From contig NC_057719.1 of the NCBI RefSeq assembly GCF_004010195.1, forward strand, positions 25,134,809 through 25,198,808: a stretch of 64,000 nt of DNA, in the 5' to 3' direction. Below the pieces are notes generated by a model. The model had not been told where the DNA came from. It saw nothing but the letters and a program-made list of their open reading frames with translations, and did not search any database. Below are positions 1-11,340 of the stretch, piece by piece; the first letter of the stretch is position 1; every line of letters begins with the position of its first letter. The position numbers were made by a program, and so were the translations under genes. The stretch is from Chiloscyllium plagiosum. Its lineage: Eukaryota.

Positions 1-385
1 TTCCAATGGACAACCTCACACTTGACAGGGTTGAACTCCATCTGCCACTCCTCAGCCCAGCTCTGCATCATATCTAAGTCCCTTTGCAGCCGACAACAGC
101 CCTCCTCACTATCCACAACTCCACCAATCTTTGTATCATCTGCAAATTTACTGACCCACCCTTCGACTTCCTCATCCAAGTCGTTAATAAAAATTACAAA
201 CAGCAGAGGACCCAGAACTGATCTCTGCGGAACTCCACTTGTAACTGGGCTCCAGGCTGAATATTTACCATCTACCACCACTCTCTGACTTCGACCGGTT
301 AGCCAGTTTTCTATCCAATTGGCCAAATTTCCCTCTATCCCATGCCTCCTGACTTTCCGCATAAGCCTACCATGGGGAACCTTAC
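1..385 (-). mobile_element. CR1-clade LINE ORF2 fragment (reverse transcriptase core)
   Basis: Minus strand reads KVPHGRL...[41 protein letters not shown]; runs off the window start. Confidence 0.9.
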
Positions 386-615
386 TGCTATTGGTCGACC
401 AGTTACTTACCATCTGCTTAGGCCAACTACCTCAAAATTACCCTGGAAAGCCAATTCTGCAGAAACCATTTGTTTTCATATCTCATTTAAGGCATGGCTA
501 AGGTAGAGTATGTTCTCAAGGCAATATGAACTCTTTGAATTTTTTGATTTCTCCGACAATCCAAAATCTCAGTTCAAGCCTCCATTCTTTATAGGGACTT
601 ACTTGTGTGGGAACA

Positions 616-746
616 GAGTCATAGAGATGTACAACATGGAAACTGGCCCTTCAGTCTAGCTTGTCCATGCTGATCAGATATCACAACCTAATTTAGTCCC
701 ATTTTCCAGCATTTGGCCCATATCCTTCTAAACACTTCCTATTCAA
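616..746 (-). mobile_element. CR1 LINE 3' tail fragment
   Basis: Reverse complement of the tail shared with 3040-3163 and 23640-23765, ending in CTCTATGACTCT. Confidence 0.8.
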
Positions 747-1204
747 TTATTTTATGCTTTTATCTTCAGCTGTGGACCCTGTAGAATTGTGCCAAACTGA
801 AACTAAATTTGGAAGGTTTATGATTGTTTCCCTTGAGCTTAAAACCCAGAATGTTCCGTTAGACAGCCTAATTTCCCATAATGTATACGTTTGTTCACTT
901 TCCCAATGTGAACAAAACTCCATTAGTTCTTAAACTCCATAGGCTACTAGTTCAAAATTCAAAAGTTTTTTTTAATATATGTAAATCTCACCCTACATTA
1001 CACTACAGATGGATTTTTTTTTTGTTATGCTAAAAATGCTAATGAAATAGACTATGATAGCTTAGTATACCTTAGAGACACAGGCCAATGTACTGGAATA
1101 TGATCAAATAGCTAGGGAAATAGATTCCCTTAGTATAAGTTTTTTTAGATTTGAAGTTCCAGACCAGAAGTGTTTGGTTGGAACCCTGAGGGCTTACCTG
1201 AAGA

Positions 1205-1833
1205 CACTCTGCGTGCACACACACACACACACACACACACTTTCTCACAATCCCCACCCCAGACAGACACATCCACAGACAGACAAAGACCCACATACAC
1301 ACATATATTTTGTGAGGTGAATTTGTACTGGCAGAGTTACATTGGACTTTGCTCAAAAACTGCATGCATTCATGTAGAACTCTGAGCTCAAAAACTGCAT
1401 GAATTTATGTAAACTCTGTTATCTCACTTTTTAGATTAGAATCAATCTAAACATCAGGTCATAGACAGAGAACACAGGGGGCCAACACCTTCAACATATT
1501 GTCTAGCTATCACCATTGTTAACAGTTAACCCGAGAATGCAACTTTAAAAAAAGGTTTTGTGATTTACACATGAAAGGAATGAAACTATCACTGTATTCT
1601 AACAGATGAAAGGCTTAACAGGCAATCAGTTTTTCAATGTATAATTTCAGTTACATCACACTGTAAATTTTTGCTATAATTTCTGTGTTACGATCGAGCC
1701 CTCCACAATCACCTGATGAAGGAGCGTCGCTCCAAAAGCTGGTGTGCTTCCAATTAAACCTGTTGGACTATAACCTGGTGTTGTGTGATTTTTAACTTTG
1801 AACACCCCAGTCCAACACCGGCATCTCCAAATC
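1205..1833 (+). mobile_element. Penelope-like element terminal repeat (family A pLTR plus tail)
   Basis: Homologous to 7040-7632, 4197-4332 and 57450-57774; contains (CA)n, a 35-bp tandem duplication, a hammerhead motif and the end ...CCCCAGTCCAACACCGGCATCTCC. Confidence 0.8.
1710..1744 (+). ncRNA. Degenerate minimal type I hammerhead ribozyme (family A)
   Basis: CAC-CTGATGA-A-GGAGC-gtc-GCTCC-(A)AA-AGCT-G-GTG: helix I CAC/GTG, perfect helix II, palindromic helix III; G12->A and G at the cleavage position. Confidence 0.75.
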
Positions 1834-2589
1834 AAGTCTAAGATCAGTTGTGTCAGTCAAGGAAGACATTCAGACCATGAATTGAAAGAAATAGACTAGT
1901 CCAACCTATCAATGTGATAGAGATGGGAACACACTCTAATGTTTGAATAAAGCAATATTATTAGGATAGATGGGATTGTAATTTATCTGTGTGTTTGGAT
2001 AATTTGAAGTTGTGTTGTATGTAAGTAGTTTTGTATTCTATTTGCTCTTAATTTTTCTTGTGTTAAATTTGTTTTATTGCTACAACGAGATGTGCAGCAT
2101 TGTATGTCTTGTATTGTAATGAAAGATCAGCTTGTTAAATTGGGGGGGGGGGGAACTCAATATGATCTATCAAGCCAGATTTCAGTTTGGAATATGACCT
2201 GCCTGATCACACCATGAGACACAATTCAACAGTCAGCAAATATTCTGCATGCATTGATCATTACCTCTCCTAGAAGAATTAAGTTATGTGTCTACACATC
2301 TAAAAGCTTTTTTTTTGATGTAATAATAAATTGCTTAAAATTTCTTTGGGGGGATTAAATATGATTTTACAAAGAAAAGATCTTGCATAACTCACAGGAA
2401 CTTTGATCTGTTTACTACTTTGGTTTGTCAATGTTTGCTGGCTCAGTATAATGTTTGCATTCAGTGATAGAGATCGATATGAAGTTATGGCTTGGAAATA
2501 TGAAATTCCTGATGTAGGGCCCTCCCAAGCCTCTCCATTGATTTGACATTGCATTTTCTTTCCTAGTTTCCATGTCCATCTGCATATCA

Positions 2590-3163
2590 TTGCGGCTGTA
2601 CAGGACATTGGTTAGGCCACTGTTGGAATATTGCATGCAATTCTGGTCTCCTTCCTCTCGGAAAGATGTTGTGAAACCTGAAAGGGCTCAGAAAAGATTT
2701 ACAAGGATTTAGCTGGGGTTGGAGGATTTGAGTTATAAGAAGAGGTTGAACAGGCTTGGGCTGTTTTCCCTCGAGCATCGGAGGCTGAGGGGTGACCTTA
2801 GAGGTTTACAAAATTGAGGTGCATGGATAGGGTAAATAGACAAGTCTTTTCCCTGGGATGGGGAGTCCAGAACTGGTGGAGGGGATAGGTTTCGGGGAGG
2901 GGAAAGATATAAAAGAGATCTAAGGGGCAACTTTTTCACACAGTGGATGGTATGTGTGTGGAATGAGCTGCCAGATGAAGTGGTGGAGGCTGATATAATT
3001 GCAACATTTTAAGAGGCATTTGGATGGGTATATGAATAGGAAGGGTTTGGAGTGTTATGGGCCGGGTGCTGGCAGGTGGGACTAGATTGGGTTGGGATAT
3101 CTGGTTGGCATGGACAAGTTGGACCAAAGGGTCTGTTTCTGTGCTGTGCATCTCTATGACTCT
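2590..3163 (+). mobile_element. CR1 LINE 3' fragment
   Basis: LYRTLVRPLLEYCMQFWSP...RFTR, then the GNFFTQ/WNELP region and 3' tail. Confidence 0.9.
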
Positions 3164-3657
3164 GTCTCTTGTCTCTTATGCTCTGTGCTTGTTTCACTTA
3201 CTCATTGGCATAGTATGACAAACCATATTAAGCAGTCGCTGGTCTTTATCAGAGTGAGTGTTACTGCATATCTATTTGAAAGGTGTGTGTGCTCATTCAG
3301 TGGATATTTGAATGAGCAGTGTTGCCTGAAACTTGTCTTAGTTTGAAATTCAACAGCAGACCTTTTGCTATAAACTTGTGGTTTTTAGAAATTTCTTGTC
3401 TCCTACTGTAATTAATTATGAAAGCGTTCCCTTATCCTGCCAGTTCCATTAGCTGGTATCTTGGTGTTTTGTGCCACTTCTCACCTGGTTTGGCAGCCAA
3501 CCACCAACAGAGTGGCAGGTTGGGTGCAATTATGTTGGCATTTCAGCCACTAACAAGATGTGAAATTGAAATAAAAGCAGAAAGTGATGGAGACACTTAG
3601 CCAATCTGACAGCAACTGTGGAGAGAGAAACAACAGTAAATGTTCTGAGTCTATCTT

Positions 3658-4037
3658 GCCTGAGGGACAACCTGATACATATCTCCAGAATTGAGAGGCA
3701 TAACTAGGGTGGATAGTTAAAGGCTTTTCCCCAAGATGCAAAGGTCAATTACAGGATGGCACAGATTCAAGGTGAGAGAAGGAAGTTTAGGGGAGAAGTG
3801 CAGGGAAAAGTTTTCTCCGAGAGGATGGTGGATGCCTGGAACAGACTGCCAGTGGAGGTGGCCGAAGTAGGCACGTTAGCAATATTTAAGGCATATCTTG
3901 ATAAACACGTGAATGGGGAGTGAATAGAGAGATAGAAACTCTGCATGGGCAATAAGTAGTGGGTCTAAATAAGGATTTGGAATTGGTGCAGGCTTGGTGG
4001 GTCTAAGGGCCTATTCGTGTGTTGTGTTGTATTGTAT
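3658..4037 (+). mobile_element. CR1 LINE 3' fragment (older subfamily)
   Basis: GHRFKVRE-like, FFSERMVDAWNRLP, FKAYLDKH motifs and a 3' tail. Confidence 0.75.
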
Positions 4038-4101
4038 CCCCTGTTCCAAAAGACAGCCCCACTGGGAAATATTTACTGCTTTTCTGTCTGCACAGATGCT
4101 G

Positions 4102-4332
4102 TTAAAAATCACACATTACCAGGTTATAGTCCAACAGATTTATTTGGAAGTAGTAGATTTTAGAGCACTGCTCCTTCAAGTAGCTGTGGAGCAGGATCCT
4201 GTTCTACAGCTACCTGATGAATGCGCAGCACTCCAAAAGCTAGTACTTCCTAATAGACCTGTTGGACTATGACCTGGTGTTGTGTGATTTTTAGCTTTGT
4301 CCACCTCAGTCCAACACTGGCACCTCCACATC
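4102..4332 (+). mobile_element. Fold-back Penelope terminus (family A) with 11-bp TSD
   Basis: Inverted arms 4103-4196/4197-4293 centred on CAGGATCCTG; tail 4294-4332 on one side only; CACAGATGCTG at 4091-4101 and 4333-4343. Confidence 0.9.
4211..4245 (+). ncRNA. Degenerate hammerhead ribozyme (family A)
   Basis: TAC-CTGATGA-A-helix II (mismatched)-AAAAGCTA-GTA; helix I is TAC/GTA here versus CAC/GTG in other copies (compensatory change). Confidence 0.65.
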
Positions 4333-5321
4333 CACAGATGCTGCCAGATCTGCTAAATCTTTCCATCATTTTCTTTGCTTTAATTTCAGTCCAACATCTG
4401 CTGTAGTTTACTTTCATTTTATAGAATAATGTGGTCCTCTATTTAAAATTTAAAATATCAGGTCTTTATAAGTTACTGTAGAATTTGTTATCTGGGAGGC
4501 ACTGTGATTGTTTGTAAATCAAAATTACCCAGTTAAGCCATTGCAATAGTAAGAATCAAATGAAAACATTTTTTTTTATTGAAGTATTTTGCAACTTGCA
4601 AAGGCCTTGAGCCTTTCAACCTTTGACTGCCGCTGTGAACATTCAGGGAAAAATACTTTGATTATCAACATTGCAGGTGCAGGTGACTGCACTGATGTTG
4701 CTTGTGAAGTGCAAATCCTTAATGTTTAAAAATAAATTGCCCCTAGTTGGGATTTCCTAGCACTGCTGCTCTATATAGTTACTAAAAGGCTTTAAAGCTT
4801 AATTGTAAATCTCTCCGAGCTGTGAAATGGAGAACTCATCCCGTCCTAATGAATATTGGTGATTGTTCCATCTCCTGTTGAGCTGCAGTTTTGGTGCCAG
4901 GTTGTAGTTTGTTTCTGCTGTTGCTTCTATTCCTACTCCAACTGAGCAGAGGTGGAGATGAAACTGTAAAGTGCATTGGCTTCCTCGTAAGATTTGATAA
5001 TAGCTCTGGAGCTAATCCCAGCTTGATGATTATGGGGTATGGATTCGAAAACATTGTAAAGAATGAGCATGGGCACCTGACTGCTCTTCCATTTTATGTA
5101 TTTTTCTTTAAAGGTGACTAATGACAGTCAGTAGTGAATACAATTATTAATTCAGCATGATGAAGCACAGCATATTTTCCTACTTTTTTTGACATCATGG
5201 TTGCGCCTCCACTCTCTCCCGTACACAGTTACCAATGGCTGATCATGACCTCACGCTCCTTTTAAAAGGAGCGAGAATTTTGGAGAAAACAGACCAAGTA
5301 TAGAAGTGGTACTTTCTACAA

Positions 5322-5369
5322 ATAAATCTTTCTGCTCCTCTGATGCTGCCTGACCTGCTGTGCTTTTCC
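5322..5369 (+). mobile_element. 48-bp Penelope terminus fragment (family B) with 20-bp TSD
   Basis: CTGCTCCTCTGATGCTGCCTGACCTGCTGTGCTTTTCC flanked by AGAAGTGGTACTT(T/C)CTACAA at 5302-5321 and 5370-5389. Confidence 0.8.
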
Positions 5370-5394
5370 AGAAGTGGTACTTCCTACAAGTCAA

Positions 5395-5965
5395 ATGCAC
5401 TATGCTGGAGAAACTCAACAGGTCTGACAGCATTTGTGGAGGGAACAGAGTTAATATTTTACATCCAGTACAACTCCTCTTCAGAACTGAAAGGTGCTGG
5501 AAAGTAGGTTCTTTTAAATGCTTTTGGCAGAGGCAGAGCAAGATGGCAGATGGTCTGGAGGCCCAACACAAAAACCAAAGGGTGGAGAAAAAGGTGGGGG
5601 AGAACAAGATGTAAAATAGTTGTCAATTAAAGTGCGAAAGGGAGAGAATTTTGTGCTTGTGAAATAAGAGGGTCTGGTGCAGTGGGAAGAGGATGCAAGA
5701 AAAGTTAGAGGGCAGACATAATGCAGTCGGTTTCTGGTGTTATTGAATTCAGTGTTAAGACATTTGAGGCTGTGAAGTGCCTGAGCAGAAGATGTGTTGT
5801 TTCTTGAAATTGTGTTGTGCCTCATTAGAGCATTGTCGCAAGCCCTGGACAGAAATGTCAGCATGATAGCAAGGTGGTTCAGTTAAAATAACAAGCCACT
5901 GGGAGGTTGGGGTCATTTGTGCCAATAGAATGGAGATGTTCTGCATAATAATCACACCCCGTGTT
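5395..5965 (-). mobile_element. Penelope-like element 3' part (GIY-YIG C-terminus remnant plus family C terminus)
   Basis: PPCYHADISVQGLRQCSNEAQH...GTSQP...LNTEFNN; terminus holds a decayed hammerhead GTT-CTGAAGA...AATATT-AAC (5450-5487). Confidence 0.75.
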
Positions 5966-5984
5966 TGATGCTCATAAAGGAGTA

Positions 5985-6320
5985 AGTTTGAAGCGCAAAA
6001 AGACTTAGAAGTTCTAGTCCAGGATTCTTTCAAGGTAAGCTTGCAGGTTGAGTCAGTAGTTAGGAAGGCAATGCATTGGTGGTATTTATTTTGAGAGGAC
6101 TTGAATATAAAAGCAAGGATGTATTTCTGAGGCTCTATAAGGATCTAGTCAGGCCACATTTAGAGTATTGTGCAGAGTTTTGGGCCCCGTATCTCAGGAT
6201 GGATGTACTGGCCCTGGAGCGTGTTCAGAGAAAGTTCATGAGAATGGTCCCAGGAATGAAAATCTTAACAGATGAGGAACATTTGAGGCCTCTGGGTCTA
6301 TTTTGAAGTTTAGAAAGATG
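5985..6320 (+). mobile_element. CR1 LINE ORF2 C-terminal fragment
   Basis: ORF 6076-6306: RLYKDLVRPHLEYCAEFWAPYLRMDVLALERVQRKFMRMVPG. Confidence 0.9.
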
Positions 6321-6880
6321 TAATGGTGGTATCTGTGTCGACACTCTAACACGTCTTGCAGTGGTTGTCATGACAGGGTTATACGGTGTAATGGTTGATG
6401 TTCACAGCAAACTGTCCAGCTTTCAGGACAACAATGACCTGTGTAAGATTTGATGGTTGTTTAAAGGCGAGAAGTGGAGGCATGGGGAAGGCCTTGGTGA
6501 GTTGCTCATCCTCATTGATAATGTGTTGCAGGCTGTGAAGAATATTTCATGGTTTTTCAGCTCTCGGAAAGTACTGGACAACGAAGGGTACCGTGTCGGT
6601 TGCAACCCGTTTCTGTCTCCTGAGGAGGTCATTACGGTTTGTCGCTGTGGCATGTTGGGATTGGCAATCGATGAGTTGAGCTTTGTACCCTGTTCTTATG
6701 AGGGCATCCTTTACAACCTTCAAGTGTCCGTCACGTTCCTCCTCATCTGAATAGATCCTGTGTATGCATTGGGCTTGGCCATAGGGGATGGCTGTTTTAA
6801 TATATTTAGGGTGGAAGCTGGACAAGTGTAGCATTGTGAGGTTATCAGGTGGGTTTGTGGTAGACTGAGGTGCCCATCTT
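6321..6880 (-). mobile_element. Penelope-like ORF fragment (RT thumb/linker toward GIY-YIG)
   Basis: LHLSSFHPKYIKTAIPYGQAQCIHRIYSDEEERDGHLKVVKDALIRTGY...VPFVVQYFP, then PPLLAFKQPSNL and CHDNHCKTC in shifted frames. Confidence 0.85.
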
Positions 6881-6937
6881 TGACTGAGATATACTTTACA
6901 TGCTTTACCATGTTTGTGTATGCGTGAACACACGTAC

Positions 6938-7042
6938 TCTCTCGCCCTCGCTCTCTCCCCCGCGCTCTCTCCCTCGCGCTCTCTCCCTCGCGCTCTCTCC
7001 CTCGCGCTCTCTCCCTCGCGCTCTCTCCCTCGCTCTCGCTCC
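6938..7042. repeat. CpG-rich 14-mer mini/microsatellite (CGCGCTCTCTCCCT)n
   Basis: About five near-perfect units plus degenerate flanks. Confidence 0.9.
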
Positions 7043-7151
7043 ATGTGCACACGTGTACACACACATGTTTATGGGGTGAATTTGTATTTGCAGATATATT
7101 CTATTTTGCTCAAAAAATGCACAATCTGCAGGCAGTTAAACCATGAAATAT

Positions 7152-7354
7152 TTTGTAAATTCCATTTTGGAAACAGAACCAGTCTGACTCAAGATTGGGA
7201 TACAGACAGACTCTAACCTCATTCCCTTAAGGAGAAAGTGAGGTCTGCAGATGCTGGAGATCAAAGTTGAAACTTTGTAAATTCCATTTTGGAAACAGAA
7301 CCAGTCTGACTCAAGATTGGGATACAGACAGACTCTAACCTCATTCCCTTAAGG
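7152..7354. repeat. 81-bp exact direct duplication flanking a ~42-bp family B Penelope tail
   Basis: 7152-7232 = 7274-7354; the insert reads GGAGAAAGTGAGGTCTGCAGATGCTGGAGATCAAAG. Confidence 0.9.
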
Positions 7355-7659
7355 CATTGTCTGTGCTGAGATGTCACCTTTTACAAAACCTTAAGTTATC
7401 TTGAGAATGTGACTTAAAAGAAGTTCGGGGATTTACATATGAATGAACCAAAACCAGCAAACCCATTCTAAAAGATGAAAGTCTTAACTATCTCGGTTTG
7501 TTCAGTGTATCATTATATCACTGTAATCTTTTGCTATAAGGTGTCTTCAGGTCCTGCTTTACAACCACCTTATGAAGAAGCAGCGCTTGAAAGCTAGTGC
7601 TTCCAATAAAACCCGTGGACTATAACCTGGTGTTGTGTGATTTTTTAACTTGGTCTAAA

Positions 7660-8492
7660 GTAGATAATATGATCACTATGTTTGCAGATGATACAAAAAT
7701 TGGTGTAGTGATAAATAACAAGGAGGAAAGGCATAGACTACAGGAAAAAGTGGAATTTAATCTACAGGAGTGTGAGGTGATTCATTTCTTTGGAGGACTA
7801 TCATTGGAAGGGAGTATACAACAAATGGTATACAACACAGGAAGTACAGATTCAGATTCACCTTGGCATGCATGACCACAGGTCCTTGGAGGCAACAAGG
7901 CTTGGTGGATTAGCCATGGTAAATATGGGGTTGCAGGATACACTGCAATAGGGCTGGGTGAGGTGCTCTTTGAGGGGTCGGTGCAGACTTGATGGGCCGA
8001 ATGGCCACTTCCTGTACTGCAGGGATTCTGTGAAACAGTGTACCTTTTGGACTGTGGGATGATACCGGAGCACCCTGTCGAAACCCATGCAGACATGGAA
8101 AATATGCAAACTTTCCAAGATGGTCACCCAAGGCTGGAATCAAAGCTGGGTTCCTGGCACTGGTAGGCAGAAATGCTAGCCACTGAGCCACCATATAAGA
8201 TGTATGTGACATTGTAGCGTGATAACCTGAATTGCACACAGGAAAGATATATGATTGCATTGGCCGGGGTGCAGAAAAGAATGTGGCCTGGGCTGGAATG
8301 ATTCAGTATGAACAGACTAGATAAACTGGGTTATTTTCCTGCGAGCAGAGAAGGTTGAGGTTGGGGGCAGGGGAGGATACTGATTCAGTACAAAACTGAG
8401 GGGCATACTTAGGGTAAATAGGAAGAATGTTTTTCCCCTTTAGTTGACGGGTCAATAAAAAGAGGGTATAATTTTAAACTAAGTGGCAGGAG
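7660..8492 (+). mobile_element. Decayed CR1 LINE fragments interrupted by SINE pieces
   Basis: [12 protein letters not shown]...FNLQECEVIHF at 7678-7790; ALAGVQKR-like and downstream motifs at 8250-8490. Confidence 0.65.
7900..8193. mobile_element. HE1-like V-SINE, rearranged (tail on +, head/core on -)
   Basis: 7900-8033 matches the SINE tail on +; 8045-8193 matches the V-domain and tRNA-like head on -. Confidence 0.75.
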
Positions 8493-9439
8493 GTCTGGCT
8501 GCTGACTGTATTGCATTAGCCTTCTGGTTTATTAAACACATTCCCTGGTCCCACTTCTTTCCATCAGGCTTTGTGGACAAGGAGATTTGGCAGTGTCTCC
8601 TAATACCCTTGGAAAATGCATGTCTGGCACAAGGAAGGCATTGACTTTCTGTTAACAAATGCAAAGTCCGGCAAGAAAACTCTCTTCAACCAGAAGCATT
8701 TAAATGTCAAAGCACCTCGAGTTAGTGAATGCGATAAATAATTAACATGTTAATGTTTTGAAGTTTTAATTGAAGCCTGCCTTCCTCTAGCATGATGTCA
8801 TCATTTACCAGAATAATACGGGGAGTAGGTTGGGCTTGAATGAAAGACTGCTTCAATTGTGTGTGATAACTATGCACCCACACACACACCAAATGAGGGC
8901 TCAGCAGTGCAGGCTCATTTTATAACCTTTTTGTATATTGTATAAACTATGATTCACGGAATGCTACTTACATAGTTGGAGAAACATTGTCGTAAACATT
9001 TATGGATTACCAGACTTTAAAGTTTAACTTGTTCTTGGGTTTTTAAGAATGCTGTTTATTTAAATATAGATATATTTGTCCTTCCGAGAATTTTTAATTT
9101 AATTTTGTTCTTAACCTAAATTAATAACATTTCTATGTAAAACATGGTAGAATCTTTTCATCCAAGTATGGAAATCTATAGAATTTAATTCTGCAACTGA
9201 ACGGTCTTGTCCTTTTTAGTAGTTGGAACCTGTTTTCTCTTTGGCCTTCTTTTTTTGACTTGAGTTTGAGATAATATTCCAGATCAACCTTTTTCTATTT
9301 TAGAGTCATGTCTGAAATACTTGTCTACACCATTAAGACTGATCTGCTCTTGATTCTGAAGTCCCCTTGTCTTGGCACTTATTAAAACCTGAATTTTTGT
9401 AGCTTACCCTCCTAACTCTGATAGCAGTTGTCAGTGGAT

Positions 9440-9520
9440 TTTGAAGAAGAGTACCTAGACTCAAAGTTAACTGTTTCTCTCCACAGATACTGCCAGACCT
9501 GAGTTTCTCCAGCAATTTGA
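9440..9520 (+). mobile_element. Penelope family C terminus remnant
   Basis: TTGAAGAAGAGT...GACTCAAAGTTAACTGTTTCTCTCCACAGATACTGCCAGACCTG, similar to 50295-50399 and 51655-51795. Confidence 0.6.
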
Positions 9521-10169
9521 GGGTGGGGAGGTTTTTGTTGTAGTTATTAGCATCCTGGCTCATGTATTGCCTCCCTCCACATTTGTGAAAACAAAATCAA
9601 GGTACTGCAATCCTGAGATTCATATATTTAATTATTCATTAATAAGATGACTTACATTTGCCGATGGGAAATGCACTTGGCAGAAAGACTATCATTTTCC
9701 AGCATCCAACCCAGACTAGAGTGTTGCTAATACCAAATTAGGAGATACAACGCTATCTACAAAATATACAGTTGAGCAGTTTTGTGCTGAAGTGTCTTGG
9801 TCCTTCAGCGTCAGCCAAAGCGCTAGCTTTGCTAATCTACTGGGTTGCATGTCCTATAATTTCCCTTTTAAAAATTAAGGTATTTGAATGGAAACTTGTG
9901 TATTGCAATTGATGCGATCAGTGTCCAAAAGCGCAATGATGAAAAAGAGCCAGTGAGAAATGAAAACAAATTGTCGCTTCAAGGAAAAACACTCTGGAAG
10001 TGAATCATTAGGTACTCTGGAACTGGCTGGGATTAGGAGAGTTAATGTTTGGCTTCCCTTTCCTTCTGAAATTGGCTGATTGGTGGAGTGTTATGTTTCC
10101 ACTGGCCCATTCATTACAATTCCAGCCATTTTGACAGCAGTTGAACCTTTCTATTAAAAAGTCCTAGAC

Positions 10170-10546
10170 ACTTGGGGCTGTTTTCATTAGAGAAAAGAAG
10201 GTTTAGGGGTGACTTGATTGAGGTGTACAAGATGATTAGGGGGTTAGATAGGGTTGACAGTGTGAACCTTTTCCCGCGTATGGAGTCGGGTATTACAAGG
10301 GGGCATAGCTTTAAATTAAGGGGGGGTAGATATAGGACTGAAGTTAGGGGTAGGTTCTTCACTCAGCGAGTCGTAAGTTCATGGAATGCCCTGCCAGCAG
10401 CAGTGGTGGACTCTCCCTCTTTATGGGCATTTAAGCGGGCATTGGATAGGTATATGGAGGATAGTGGGTTAGTATAGGTTAGGTGGGCTTGGATCGGTGC
10501 AACATCGAGGGCCAAAGGGCCTGTACTGCGCTGTATTCTTCTATGT
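10170..10546 (+). mobile_element. CR1 LINE 3' end with open ORF2 C-terminus
   Basis: GLFSLEKRRFRGDLIEVYKMIRG...TRGHSFKL...FFTQRVVSSWNALP...FKRALDRYM; retains CpGs, so relatively young. Confidence 0.92.
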
Positions 10547-11029
10547 TGTCTAAGTATGCATATCTCCTAAAGTGTCTTTGGGTGCTGGTCCTCTGTCCCG
10601 TCCCCCTCGATATCACCCCTTCCACAATGGGTATTTACCCTTTTGTAAGCTTAGGGTCACTTAATTCAATTGCTGCAATATAGATGAATTCAGAACCCTG
10701 AATTAAAAACCTGTTTACTACTGCTAGAACAAATATGGTTTATATTGTATTAGGACACTGAAATATCCAAAGCAAGTTGTGTTTTTAAGTATATTCCTGT
10801 CTTTGTCTTTTAGTGTTCAACACCACAAAACCTGCTCTTCAGACAACATGAATCTTGCTAGGATACTGTGCTACCAAATTCTACCTTCTTTTTGAAAATT
10901 GATATACTTTCTGTTTGTGTTTTTGAATTCTCCTCACTCTTCTTACGATTAACATTCTCGAGTCACCCGTTGGCCAGTAGAGTACAGGAAAATCATACAA
11001 TGGCTGTGAGATCAGATCTGGGGCTAGGC

Positions 11030-11340
11030 CATAGTCATACATCATGGAAACAGGTCCTGTTTCCATGGAAACAGGCTCAATTTGTCCATGTCGACGAGGT
11101 TTCCTGAACTGAACTAGTCCCATTTGACTGCATTTGGCCCATATCCCTCGATCTTTCTTATTCATGTACCTGTTGTAATTGTCTTTGAAATGTTGTAATT
11201 GTACCAGCCTCTACCACTTCCCTCTGGCAACTCATTCCATATACAAACCATCCTCTGCATGGAAAACTTTGTCCTTTTTAGGTCCCTTTTTAAATCTTTC
11301 CCCTATCATTCTAAACCTATGCCCTCTGGTTTTGGATTTC
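11030..11340 (-). mobile_element. CR1 LINE 3' fragment
   Basis: Reverse complement of the RGHRFR/WNELP/3' tail region. Confidence 0.8.

Larger units (their letters stand above)
6900..7632 (+). mobile_element. Penelope family A pLTR, inverted relative to the adjacent ORF fragment
   Basis: Homologous to 1300-1800; ends CCAATAAAACCCGTGGACTATAACCTGGTGTTGTGTGATTTTT; hammerhead remnant at 7566-7599 (CAC-CTTATGA...GAAAGCTA-GTG). Confidence 0.8.

Noticed and set aside
1840..2222. Possible LTR remnant flanking the first Penelope
   Set aside because: No defined termini, TSD or second copy in the window
4102..4332. DNA-transposon MITE interpretation of the palindromic elements
   Set aside because: TSD length varies (11-16 bp), a tail is present on one side only, and the arms are PLE termini
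6720..7064. Arg/Glu-repeat ORFs resembling low-complexity proteins
   Set aside because: Translation of the 14-mer repeat; only the part below ~6880 is real PLE coding sequence
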